A DNA stretch of 64,000 nucleotides. It comes from the human T2T-CHM13v2.0 reference genome, Homo sapiens. The notes beneath the pieces are model-generated. The model was given only the letters and a program-made list of their open reading frames with translations, was not told the origin of the DNA and did not search any database. The stretch lies in the NCBI RefSeq assembly GCF_009914755.1, contig NC_060931.1, one strand, 5' to 3'. The position numbers and the translations under genes are program-made. Below are positions 43,739 to 55,768 of this stretch, piece after piece (the first letter of the stretch is position 1; each line of letters begins with the position of its first letter).

Positions 43739-46009
43739 TAGAAATCAAGGCTGGTAAACACAGGAGTCTCCATAGCATCTTCCCAGTCGTTGTCTTGTTT
43801 GTCTTTCTAGACAAATAACATTACTAAAGTGTCTTGAAGCCGTCTCTTTTTGTCTGTTGGAACATCTCTCTCCTGCCTCTCTCTGATATTTTTTAACACA
43901 GGTTCTTTTGTTAGATTATGATATACAGAGACTTCAACTTTGTCTTCCTTCTCTCACTGAGTATTACTCCTAGGACAAATGTATCTACTTCCAAGGTTTC
44001 AACTCTCACCTTTCTACAAATGACTCCTAAGTCATTGCAGACCCAAAATTCCAACAGTTGACTCATCTTCACAAATCCCATTAACACTTCAGACTAATCA
44101 TTTTTCATCCCTACTCTGTATACTTTTTCCTGATTTTTTAGTATTTTTCTTAATGATTTCTCTGTCACCTAAGAATCATCTAAGCTGGAAGCCCAGAGTC
44201 ATCTTACGCATATCTTCTTTCCTTGTCTTCTTCTACATTGTCTTCTCCAACCTGTGCTTTCTCAATTTTTTCTCCTTTAACTTACCTCTGCATTGCTACA
44301 ATTTGCTTCCTGATGCACATATTTGATATTATCTTCTTATTCAAAATATGATTTACTCTTTCCATTTGTTTATAGCAAAACCCCTAAGGTTCCTATAAAA
44401 TTTAAGACCATTTACAACTTGAATCCAGCTTACTTTCCAGCTACCTTCTTTTAGCTCTCTCACCTACCTCACCACTATTTCTCCATGTCCCTTTGCCCTA
44501 AAAAGCCTAGAGTTCCCATCGTATCACACTGTTCCCTTTGCGTCACATTTCTGTACCCATGAGAAAGAAAATGTTACTAGAATGCATTTAATTTCTCACA
44601 TAAAGATGCTGTAAATTCCAAGATTATCTTGCACTTCTAAATGTTTTCAAGGCATTCAATTTTGAGCACATGGAGTAATATAAATAAGTACCAGTGTAGC
44701 TGATGTGTTTTTTACTTTGGAGAATAAGGATACAAAGTGAAAGTTGTATTTACTGTTACCTTAAGAATTAGATAAACCTGTATATAATGGGAAACATTTA
44801 AAATCATGCCTTAAAATGCAATTTTGGGCTCTACAGCCAGTGACTTACAAAGAGGACATGCTTAGTGAATATTGAATTGTGCTGAATTCAGGTCTTGCGT
44901 CTGAAGCTGTATCTGATGTCATTACTACATAGATTAAGAAAATATGGCACCAGCTACTTTAGCAAGACAAGTTCTAATAAGTAGCTCTTATTTTGAGTGA
45001 ATGTGTCAAACTGAATGCTTATTCCAAGCACTTGGTACATGAAGATTTCCTCTGCTTTAATTGGTTAACTTTGTACAGTTACTGATAACAAATATGTACT
45101 ACATGTAATAAAAGAATAGGTAATGCCTCTTCAGGAAACTTCACTGTTGAGTTGTAACATCTGCCACAAAGGAGTATTTAATGGCAGTGGTGAATAGCCT
45201 ATGCTTTTATTATAGCTTAGAGAAAATACTTGGAAAGCTTATCTTCTACCCATGCAAACTCATTTTTTTTTAACATAAGAAATAAGAATAGTGTGGGTAA
45301 TGTGGATAACAATGTCCAAAGTTAAATTAGACCTGCTCATCAGTCTAATCTTATCCCAGTATTCCTCTTAAAACAGTAGCAAGCAACAAAATGATCTCAG
45401 TTCCTTTTACTGTGTAGCCAAAGCAGATGATATTGCCCAGTGTTGGATCAAAAGTTAGTCATCACCAGATAAATTCAAGCACTTATTTCTATCCTGTACT
45501 CCCAATGTAGGCTCAAAAGTCAGTCTGCTCCCGAAAAATCCAAGCACTTATTTCTATCCCTCTGTACAATTTGAAATGGCCTACTCCACAATGCCTTTCT
45601 TTTCTTGTGATTGTTTATGTGTTTCCTCATTACATTGTAAAGTCGTCAAGGGTTGGAGCCAGATCTTGTCACCTATATGTCCCTATTACTTAGCAAACTC
45701 CACATAGTGGACATGTAGTAAATTTCTGTTGAAAGGTATCTTAGAAGTTTTTATCAAAGAAAAAAATACTGAATTACCCACATGATCAATTTCTGCAAAT
45801 TCCTATTAGCATAACATTTCTCATTCTTTTGCTTGGTTATTGAATAATATTATATCCTATATTTGCATATTTTATTTGTTTGGTTGCAATATTGTTTTAA
45901 AAGACCTTACAATTTCCATGATTTCCAGTTTAGTTTGATGTTGTTTTATAACTTTAAAAAATTATGATTATTATAATTAATTTATGCCTTTAAAACACTG
46001 TTATTCTAG

Positions 46010-46242
46010 TTACAGATGAATCCATTCCCTCTTATTCTGGAAGTGATATGCCAAGAAATGACATTAACATGTGGTCAAAAGTAACTGAGGAAGGAACAGA
46101 GCTGTCACAACGACTTGTGAGGAGTGGTTTTGCTGGAACTGAAATAGACCCTGAAAATGAAGAACTTATGCTGAACATTAGCTCTCGACTACAAGCAGCA
46201 GTTGAAAAACTCCTAGAAGCCATAAGTGAAACTAGCAGTCAG
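46010..46242 (+). CDS. AKAP9: AKAP9 exon 22, VTDESIPSYSGSDMPRND...ISETSSQ
   Basis: attctag| acceptor, CAG|gtaacc donor, 233 nt, phase 1 to 0. Confidence 0.95.
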
Positions 46243-47031
46243 GTAACCTCCTTATATTGCTAATATGTACTGAGTTTGAAGTACAATATACTATCCCACT
46301 CTCTCGACTGAGCTAATTTTGATATTTTCATGGATAGCTGTTTGGCATTTTCAAAGCTTGAATGCATATGCATCTTAATTATCCCTTTGGTTGTATGAAA
46401 GTTGTATAGTATAAATGATTCTATACTGAATTCCTACATGATCCTGCTTTTGTTTTGTTTTGGTTTTTGCTTATTTCAGGTATATTAGTATTTAATTTTT
46501 GTGATTTGTACTTTCATATATGAAAACAACTGTTAATACTTTTTGTTTCTTAACCGCTATTAAGTACTTTTGACCTGGATCTCAGCCAGTGTTAATGCTG
46601 TTGCTACTACTTGATACCATTGTAAATTATAAGCAGTTTAGTTAATGCAACATAGTATTTGTCTTTTGATAAGCAACGTGAAAAATGTTAAATAAATCAG
46701 AAGTGGTCAGTGGTTCCAATAGGCTACTTGTTCTTAACAGGCTACTAGAGAGAAACTTCTCCAAAATTTGTTAATGCTGCCAACAGTCAAGCATGTGGGC
46801 TCCTCCTGAAACATTCATTTCCCCAGGCCAAGACCACAGCTCATAGCAGCTGTCTGCTTATGTGACCAGGTAGTGAAGTATAGTAGGAGTCTGACCATGG
46901 CATTTTCCAGATTTTTCCCAATTTGTTGAATACTAACTCCACGCTGTGTTATTTAGCTTCTTCTGTATTGTGGTAATTTAAATATCACTGAATGGATCAC
47001 AAAAGCTTTGTGTAGAGCAGTAACCCTATGG

Positions 47032-47208
47032 CAGAGACTTCTCAAAGTGCAGCCCCTAACCAGCAATATCAGCATCACCTGGTGATGTGTTCAATATATA
47101 AATTCTTAGGCCCCACCCCAGACCTACTGAAACTGAGGGCCCAGCAACCTGTGTTTTTAATAAGTCCTTTATATGATTCTGATTCACACTAAAGTTTGAG
47201 AACCACTA
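47032..47208. mobile_element. MER5A (hAT-Charlie MITE)
   Basis: ttctcaaagtg...catcacctgg...ccccaccccagacctactgaa...aagtttgagaaccact. Confidence 0.8.
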
Positions 47209-49019
47209 ATCTGTGGATTATTAGTACAATGTTCACATTGTTCTCTGGCTTAATTTTGAAGCACTCTACTAACATCTTTTATATAAAATGTTAAACTAGT
47301 TGTTGGCATTAGGTATAAAAAGTTATAAAAATGAAGTATTTCTTAAGTGAATAATATTTTTCAGCATTGGGAGTAGGCGTTTTTAAAAACTTTCTTTTAA
47401 ATGAATTTCAGCTCAGTTTTTAATCTTCCATGGATAGATGTTTAAAGCCATTGATTTCTTCAGAATAGTCTCATTGATTAATAACTAAAATTATCTTGAA
47501 CCTGATGAATATTTTTAACAGATTGACACAGAATAATGTGTAATATCTTTGTGAAATAACTTATATTCCACTTTCCTCTTCAATGTGTCATTATTTGGTT
47601 CTACTTTATAATAGTATACTTCCCTTTAACCTTCATTTTTTTTTTCACGTATTATAACAAAATGTAAAACAGCTGGGAGGCATGCTGTAATATCTTTGCG
47701 TTTTCAGTGAAAGAGAAATTCAGGAAAATAGCTTTGTACAGGATACTCTGAGACCAGAGAAGAGAGCAACATCTGACATGTTAGAGTGTGGTGGGGACCA
47801 AGTAAAGTTTACTTGGGAGTTGATGCTTAAGATGTTTAAGATGAGTTATTCACTGGCAAAATTTTTGAATATCAGGGCACTGGACAAGTATCTGCCTTAT
47901 AGGCTGATTGGGTGATTTCATAACCTGTATTATAGGAGTTATTTACTTTAGATATTTGATTTGAGGGGTAACTTGCCCAGTGGTATGTCCAAGTCCATAT
48001 TATAGTACATTTATTACAACGGTTTTACCTCTCTTTTGCTTGGACAGGCTACCATACAATCAGGCCTATATTCACTTTATTGTTAGGTTCCTACTGGTTG
48101 GGGTAGCTTTCATGATAGTATGAAAAAGAATGCTTAAGAGACTGTCATAAGGCCCTTAGAGAGGTAATCTCTTTAACACAATCCTTATTCAGTAGTCTCT
48201 TTGTGGTTCTGCAGAAATGTTATCTTTGAGAGTGTGGTTTCACAGATTCTAAACTCCTGGATCAGGTAGAAATCAAAACCATTCTCTTCTTTGGGAGTAG
48301 TTTTTCAGCAATTAAAGTTTTCCAGAATCCAGAAGTATTATTTAGAGCCATAGGAGGTTATTTACCAAGAGATTCTGCTAGGCCTTGGAATAAATTAATG
48401 AATATGTAATTTATTCCCATGGAATTATTTTTACTGTAAGAAATTTTTACGGGCTTCCTAATACTTGTTTTTAAGAATTACAGCATCAAAGCTACATGCT
48501 TCTATATTTTCTCAAAAAAAGGAATCTGAGGATGAAGCAGTAGTATAAGTTAAGATTTTGTTTTGTCATTGTTGTGTTTGAAACATAACTGCAATCAAAA
48601 TACTGAAACACATTTTGCCTTCAAGTATTGTCCCCAGTATGCTTAGCATTGGTCTAGGCTCCGTCAGGGTAATGTTTGCAGGTTATAGGCCCTCTGTGAA
48701 ATAACTTCAAGAAATAGATGAACAAATCAAAGTCCAAAAGAGAGCAACAAAAGTGTTTTACAGTTTGAAGAAATAATTTATGAAGAAAGGTAGTTAAATG
48801 GTTTGACATTATTTGATTTAAGTAAAGCTATTTTGTTTAGGAAACAACTCTATGCTGCAAATTAATAGCCTTCAAATATACATTAAAATCTTGATTATCT
48901 GAAACCTGGCGATAATAAGCTAGTCTGGATAATTAAAAGTGTGTTCTTCTAAGTCATTTTATTATAACTATTTTTGATTGCAAGAAGTTTTATGTGCTTT
49001 CTAAAATAGAGGGGGAAGC

Positions 49020-49560
49020 AAGATAGAATATAATTTGAATTATTCTAATTCAGTCACCTTTCTGAACATCAATTAATATATCATCAGTTAATATTACTGT
49101 TGTTACAAGGGCTGTATGCCACTATCCTGAATCATCTTTATTTAATACTGCTCTTTTGAGTCTTTTTTGCCCTAATTTTACTTTATTTTCTTTGTGTAAG
49201 CTTCTTACCTTGACCTGTGTTCCTAATATAACTACTTACCTACAGATTTTTGTTTTACATGGATGGAAGCAAGTTTTACATGCTTCCAAAAATGGGTGAA
49301 ACAATAGACAATAATTTCAGTTATTTTAATTCATGGTCATCTTTCTGAACATGAATTAATATTTAATATAATACTCCATCAGTTAATATACTGTTATGAG
49401 GGCTGTTTGCCCTATTCTGAATCATCTTTATCTGTTACTTTTTTGAGTCCATTTTTCTCAGTAATTTTTCTCTCTTATCTTTGTAGTTAGTTCTTATCCT
49501 GACCGAAATGTTAACTGTTTATAAAGGGTTGTTTCTTACTTACAGATTTTGTTTTTGCTT
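49020..49560. repeat. Diverged tandem duplication, unit about 280 bp
   Basis: Colinear shared blocks ctttctgaacat, catcagttaatat, agggctgt, ctgaatcatctttat, ttttgagtc, tacagatttt. Confidence 0.85.
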
Positions 49561-49779
49561 CAAATAAGAGAAACTAGATATCAGATTATCAAAACAAACT
49601 GTAGTTTGCAGAGGGAGCAGGGAAAGAGTGTTTTAAGAGGTATTTGATAGGCTAAGCATGGGTCCCCACAGTTCATAAAGCTGAGCATCTGGGATATTGA
49701 CAACTTCTATCTGCCAAAGCCCCACTAAAGTCACATTTAGCTGCAGCAGTGATAAGATTAGGCCTCTATCTTGTATAGG

Positions 49780-49886
49780 TGTTTATTAGGGTTTCTTATG
49801 CAACCCTCCAGTTAATCTGTGAACGTGCTTTGTTAAGACACCTTCACAGACTAACTGGAGGGTTGCATAAGAAACCCTAATAAACA
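49780..49886. repeat. Near-perfect inverted repeat, 48-bp arms with an 11-nt loop
   Basis: 49780-49827 is the reverse complement of 49839-49886 with 2 mismatches. Confidence 0.95.
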
Positions 49887-50699
49887 AAAAATTTTTATTG
49901 CCTAGTCCAGACTTGTAAGAGGCAACTGCCCCTCCACAGCTACAAGCCATCTCCCTGTAGATTCTGGCTTTCTATAGAAAATGTCATTTTCTCTGCCCTA
50001 ATTATTAGTCTACCTACTGTGAAATGGTTTGAGTACTGGTTTAAACAACTTTATAGTGTGAGTAGCTGTAGAATGGATTTGTGTTGGTATTACCTACCTT
50101 CTTTAGCATGGGTTTTTCCATTTAAATAAAGGCTTTGTGGATTTAGGATATTTAGTTACTGGAAAGAATAATACCAAAATGAGGGTTTTTTCCTTTCTTT
50201 AAAACAACTTTCATTATTGAAAATCTTTTAATATTAAAAAGTAAGTTGTTTATCTTCTAAAATTCTGAGTGGCTTATTTATTCACTATTGCCCAGGTTTC
50301 TGGAGCTACCCAGAAGGCTATTCTATATAACTTGGGCTTTTAAAGTTTAGTCAGGGTTCATAAGATACCTTAAGTGGTATAGTTTTCAACTGTTACATAC
50401 AGTGTAGCTTTAAAAAGAATTTTTTCCTTAGCATGTACTCTGTAAACAATATGAAAATAGGTTATAACTGAAATGTCTATAGTTTTAGTGGCTGCTTGAA
50501 AGATGAGTAATATTTCTAAGGAAATAGCAAAAGTAAGTTTTAATTTTCCAGAAATAACTTTGATTATTTTATATACTTGAATAACTTATTACTAATGTGG
50601 ACTCAAGCATAATTAATTTCACATTTTTAAATTAAAGCAATTTTTTAATGGAACGGAAAAACACCAGCTTATCTTACAAACATTATAAACTTGTCTAAA

Positions 50700-51452
50700 T
50701 GCCCTTTCAAAGCCCTGACGTGGAACTTGGATCCTGTCTGGCAGGCTTTTTTGTGGGCATATTAATTCACATTCCACCTGTCAGTGTACCTATAGGTAAA
50801 GACATTAAACCACACCCTCTGTTCTGACCTTTTCCTCAGGGGACACTGACTAGAATCCTTTGGCTCAGCATGAGAGGCTATTTGAATAGCTCAGTTCAGA
50901 AGAGCTTTTCCTTTTGAATAGAGTGAAGCAGCAAGAGCAAGAGAAATAATGTTACAACTGCATTTCTCAAGACTGCTGCTATGGAGATTTCAAACTTGAC
51001 CTTCCCTGCCAGGTTCTGCTTTGAAGGCTTACTTATTACTACAGACATCGCTGATATTAAAAGCAGTTTTATTGCTCGTCTAATTAGATGTTTATATTTT
51101 TATTCTTCTCTTCAAGGACTTAATTATGCTAGTTTAAAAGGTGTTTTTGTTTGCTTGCTTTTATTTTTGTTTTTTGATTTTTTTTGGTTTTTGTTTTGGT
51201 TTGGGTTTTTTTGAGGGGGCATCAAGATTGATAGAGACCTAAGTTTTTTTAGATTTGTAGTTTTTTTCCTGGACTTTCCCCTTCCTTTTATTGTGCAGTT
51301 GTATGAATTAATTTTATAACATTTATTTGATAGTGCTAAAAAAGAAACTTTTTATACTGCTATGGTAGATCTTGATAAACTAAAAAGAACTTTTTAATGT
51401 ATTAGAAAATTGATAAAGCAAATTAGGAATCTCGGCAGCTGTATCTTCTGGG
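50700..51452 (+). promoter_or_regulatory. Putative internal promoter and 5'UTR for the short AKAP9 isoform
   Basis: Inferred from the downstream ATG exon; TGACGTGG at 50716-50723 and CACCTGTCA at about 50775; TSS cannot be determined from sequence. Confidence 0.4.
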
Positions 51453-51698
51453 ATGGATTCTTATAGCACCTATTTGGCAACTGTCAAAGTCAGTGGCTCG
51501 TGGTTAGAAGAGCAAGATGAAGACATTTATGAGGTTGAATCTCGCGTGCCTTTACCACATCCTTTTCCTCTTTGTGAACATTTGGATGAAAATAACTCAG
51601 TAATTGTTAATACTTCTATTTTCCATTTTATTCATAAAAGAAACGGGCATATATTAAAGCTTATTTCTAAAATTTCACTGCCTACCCCTCCTTATTCA
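51453..51698 (+). CDS. AKAP9: Coding part of an alternative internal first exon of AKAP9 (82 aa, MDSYSTYLATVKVSGSWLEEQDEDIYEV...ISLPTPPYS), splicing in frame to exon 23
   Basis: Kozak gggATGG; upstream in-frame TAA at 51414; 246 nt ending at a consensus TCA|gtaagt phase-0 donor; non-repetitive sequence. Confidence 0.8.
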
Positions 51699-54543
51699 GT
51701 AAGTATAAAAAATATTCATTTAGTTAAACACTATAATGAGAAATTAAATTTTGAGTGTCTATATTAAGGCTAAATGGGATAGAACCTTGTTTGATGCGTT
51801 ACTACTCATTCATTCTAGATGTATTTAAGGGCTAAATTTGGTCTGAGTTCCAACTTGGCTATGTTTACAATTACAGAAAGCAGAATGAGATAATATTACA
51901 TTTCTCCAATGCCAGGCAGTTTGTTTAAAAAGATCCCGCTTTTCCTTAAGATTCTTGCTTTTGTATGTTTATCATGCCAATCCTGAATAAGAATGGAATA
52001 ATTATTATATTTGAGAGACTCGGTATTATGATACTTATAAGACAGCTAAGTGAATTGTCATTGAGCAATTAGGAAATGTTTACAATCATATGTTATATTG
52101 GCTGTTCCAGTCCAGGAAAAAAGGAAGCTTGGGTTCTAATTTTAATATTCTTAACAACCTAAGAAACTTACTTTTTGTTTTTAATATGCCTCGTAATCTT
52201 GTGGAACAAGACCCTTTTCTGCTTTTTATATGAAATATATTTTATAAACATTGTTAAGGATAAGTGTTTAGCATAAAGAGGCTTGAATATTTAGTATTTC
52301 AGGTTCACTACAGGTTATTCAGTATAACTAAAAGTTATTCAGCGCTTTTTATGACTTTCATAGCTTTATCCTGTACTAGCTAATATTTAACAAGCCAGAT
52401 GGTTTTCAGAATAGTTTTGTTACCTCTTCTGCAACTTTTATATTAAAGTGACAGAATATTAACTGATACTTTACATGTACTTTTAATGTAATAAGTTTCT
52501 TAAATACTTTGGAAATATTGAATATGAAATCTTACATTCTTCATATTGTTATAGATATTAGGAATAAACATACTCTAACTGAATGGAAGAGGATTCTTTA
52601 AATATTAAGTATTTAATGAACATTTATTTGAAGGGTGTCTCATCTCCCGATGAAGTGTGGATCTCATCTGCTATAATAAATGACATTTTTTTTTGCTAGA
52701 TTTACTGTATTTGATTGTTCCAACTTTTTCATTTTATTTTAGAAAACAAGTTTTTCTCTTGTGGTTTTATGATAAATATTTAAATGGATTATAAGGCTGA
52801 TTAAATCTTGTCAGGAAGTAGAACATAGAAGCAAAGGCTTATTTAATTTACTTACCTAAAGCAAGCATTTATTTTGTTGTAAATTCTTTGTTATATCCTT
52901 ATAGTAAATTTAAAAAAGACAAAAAAAAGCATATCCTTTTTAGTTACATGTATTTACTAGATAGTCATTATGTAATGAACAGAAAAAAATGACAAACGTG
53001 TAAAAACAATTGATATGTTTTTAAAATATGGATTGTGACTGTAAATTCCCATGTAGTTGTATATAAATTAGTTCATACTTTATTGTTATGTTTCTTTGTA
53101 ATAAAAATTAATGATATTAGTTATCCAGACTTTAAAGGAAAAACTCTTTCCAGTTAAAAGTAAAAATATTCCTTTTGAGATAACAACATATTATCATGGG
53201 TATTTTAGGAAATAATTTATAATTTAAAATGTATGATTAATTTTCTATTATGAGTCTTATACGTGTATTCATATTAATTGCAAATAAGTTATAAGTGATA
53301 TTTGAAATATCCTATTAAAACAAGAATAATTGCATACTGGATATTTTGGAAATTGATTTAGAGTAGCCATCAAAAGCTGTAGTTACTCTAAAATCCATTT
53401 GCTATGACAAATACCTCTCAGATGTGAAAAGTGGAAGTCTTTAACAATAAAGTATCCTTTAGTATTATCATGATTTTGTAATACATTTTCAATATGTGAC
53501 TATAAATTAGAAACCACTACATTTGATCATATTTTAAGCTTAAAATGCACTAATATCTTTTTAATGCACAAAGTACTTTATATGTAAATTTACAAATTCT
53601 TATGACTTTACTGTGAGCCTGTTATTAATATATGTGATGATTTCTTCTTACAATTTTTGGACTAAATACTAGAAACATTTGAGTTCAATTTTTTCCCATG
53701 TAATTGTTTCAGTAATAACAGATAAGCAGGTGCTGATAGTCAAAAGCTCAGAAAACTAAGGCAGAGACAGTACTTTTCTGCAATTTCACACAGCTCATTT
53801 AGTAGCAGTGATCAAGAGAGCTTTGGCTTTAAGCCTTCTATCATCTTAAAAAATTGTTTAAGAATGTAGTCAGTATGTGCTATTGGTAATATTTTAAGGA
53901 ATCTGTGTTTATGGTTAATGTCTCTGTATTCTACGGTTTTGAAAATAAGCTGAATATTCATAGGAGCTTTAGGTGTTTCACAAATGGACAGAAATATAAA
54001 GCTTTTAGTTAAGTACATGGATTATAAATATAATTTCATTTTGTTGTGCTACTATCATTTTGTTAATTGATGCCATTGTATTAATCATGTATTATTGGTC
54101 CCCCACAGTATACAGCAGATACTGTAGGAGTCACAATCCGTAAATACTAAATGTAGAAGAAAGTTTATCATAGACTGTATAGTTACATAAAATTCTTTGG
54201 CAAATACAATAAACGCCTGTGCTTCATTAACTTTATATCTTCTTTTATATGATAAAGTACACAGCCATTGATTTAAAGTGGTTTGTATCCAAAAGAAGCA
54301 TATTCTTTTGTTCAGTAAAGCTAGAATACATCACTTTACAGAAAGTCGTGCACAGCCAATATACATGTCTCCTCTGATTTCTCCTACCTGCTAATCTTAG
54401 CATACACTGGCAATATCTAAATGACTACAATTCAGTAGTATATCTTTATTTTAAAATCCTCCTTTTTTCCAGCTTTAATAGGGAATGAAACTAGTATTTC
54501 CACACTTTATTTTCTTTTATGTATTGTTTCCCTCTTTGTTTAG

Positions 54544-54706
54544 CTTGAACATGCGAAAGTGACACAGACAGAGTTGATGCGTGAGTCATTTAGACAGAAA
54601 CAAGAAGCAACAGAGTCCCTTAAGTGCCAAGAGGAACTTCGAGAGCGCCTTCATGAGGAGTCCAGGGCCAGAGAACAGCTAGCTGTGGAGCTCAGTAAGG
54701 CTGAGG
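54544..54706 (+). CDS. AKAP9: AKAP9 exon 23, LEHAKVTQTELMRES...ELSKAE
   Basis: gttttag| acceptor, AGG|gtgagc donor, 163 nt, phase 0 to 1. Confidence 0.96.
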
Positions 54707-54865
54707 GTGAGCAATTTGCCATTGACAACTAAGGGTAGAGAAATTTCAGTCTTAAAATAGAGATTTTTGATGCACAGCCAGGTTTGGAAGCCGTCAATCC
54801 AATTTAGAATGACCATTAAAAAGTACTTGTGGTTTATCTTCAGAGTTCCTCCAAGCAATTTTTAA

Positions 54866-54868
<3 letters not shown>

Positions 54869-54902
<34 letters not shown>
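54869..54902. repeat. (TA)17 microsatellite
   Basis: Perfect TA run. Confidence 0.95.
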
Positions 54903-54910
<8 letters not shown>

Positions 54911-55555
54911 AAAAGAATTTATAGAGTTACAGAAAATAATAATTTCAGAAAATACCAAAAAGGATAGTGGTGACTCGTTACTGTAATCACACCATCTTAA
55001 GACAACCCTTGTAATTTAAAGATGAGCAAACTGAAGCTAAAAGATGTTATTAAATTGTTAAAGGGCACAAATACCATTACATAGTGATTCCAGGCTTTGA
55101 ATCTCTAAAGCCCTATGCTCTTTTTAATTCTCCTCTGCTGTTATGGGTGTTGGCCTTCTAAAATTACTTAAAATACCAACCTTCTAATTTTCAAAATGTG
55201 ATTCAGTTCACAAGCATCTAATTTGTATTAAGCTTTTCAGAAACTTACTGTTTATATCTGTTTAATAAAGTGACTTACACCTACATAATGTGGTACTTTG
55301 GTATAGCAAAGTATTAGAAAATTCAGAGAAATTTCATGTTTATGCACAATGGTAAACAAGGAAATGTCTGCATTGACCATACCCTATTAAAGGTTGATAG
55401 TTGCTGTGATGAGCAGCAAATTCATTCAAGACTTTTAATAGGTTGGAATGATGGAAAGTTTTGCTAACAGTATACCTTTTGTTGTTTATATTAAAACCTA
55501 GTGGTTGAATTTGAAATGAATAATAGTTCTATTTTCTGTTAATTTTGTATTATAG

Positions 55556-55768
55556 GCGTCATTGATGGCTATGCAGATGAAAAAACTCTTTTTGAAAGGC
55601 AAATTCAGGAAAAAACTGATATAATAGATCGTCTTGAGCAGGAGTTGTTATGTGCAAGTAACAGGTTGCAAGAATTGGAGGCAGAGCAACAGCAGATCCA
55701 AGAAGAAAGAGAATTACTGTCCAGACAAAAGGAAGCTATGAAAGCAGAGGCAGGCCCAGTTGAACAAC
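55556..55768 (+). CDS. AKAP9: AKAP9 exon 24, GVIDGYADEKTLFERQ...AGPVEQ
   Basis: attatag| acceptor, AAC|gtaagt donor, 213 nt, phase 1 to 1. Confidence 0.96.

Noticed and set aside
50877-50890. GCTATTTGAATAGC as a MEF2 site
   Set aside because: The spacing does not fit CTA(A/T)4TAG; it is only an imperfect palindrome.
50981-51214. 77-aa hydrophobic ORF upstream of the alternative first exon
   Set aside because: Its Phe/Leu-rich tail comes from a T-rich low-complexity tract. It is at most a uORF, and the TSS is unknown.
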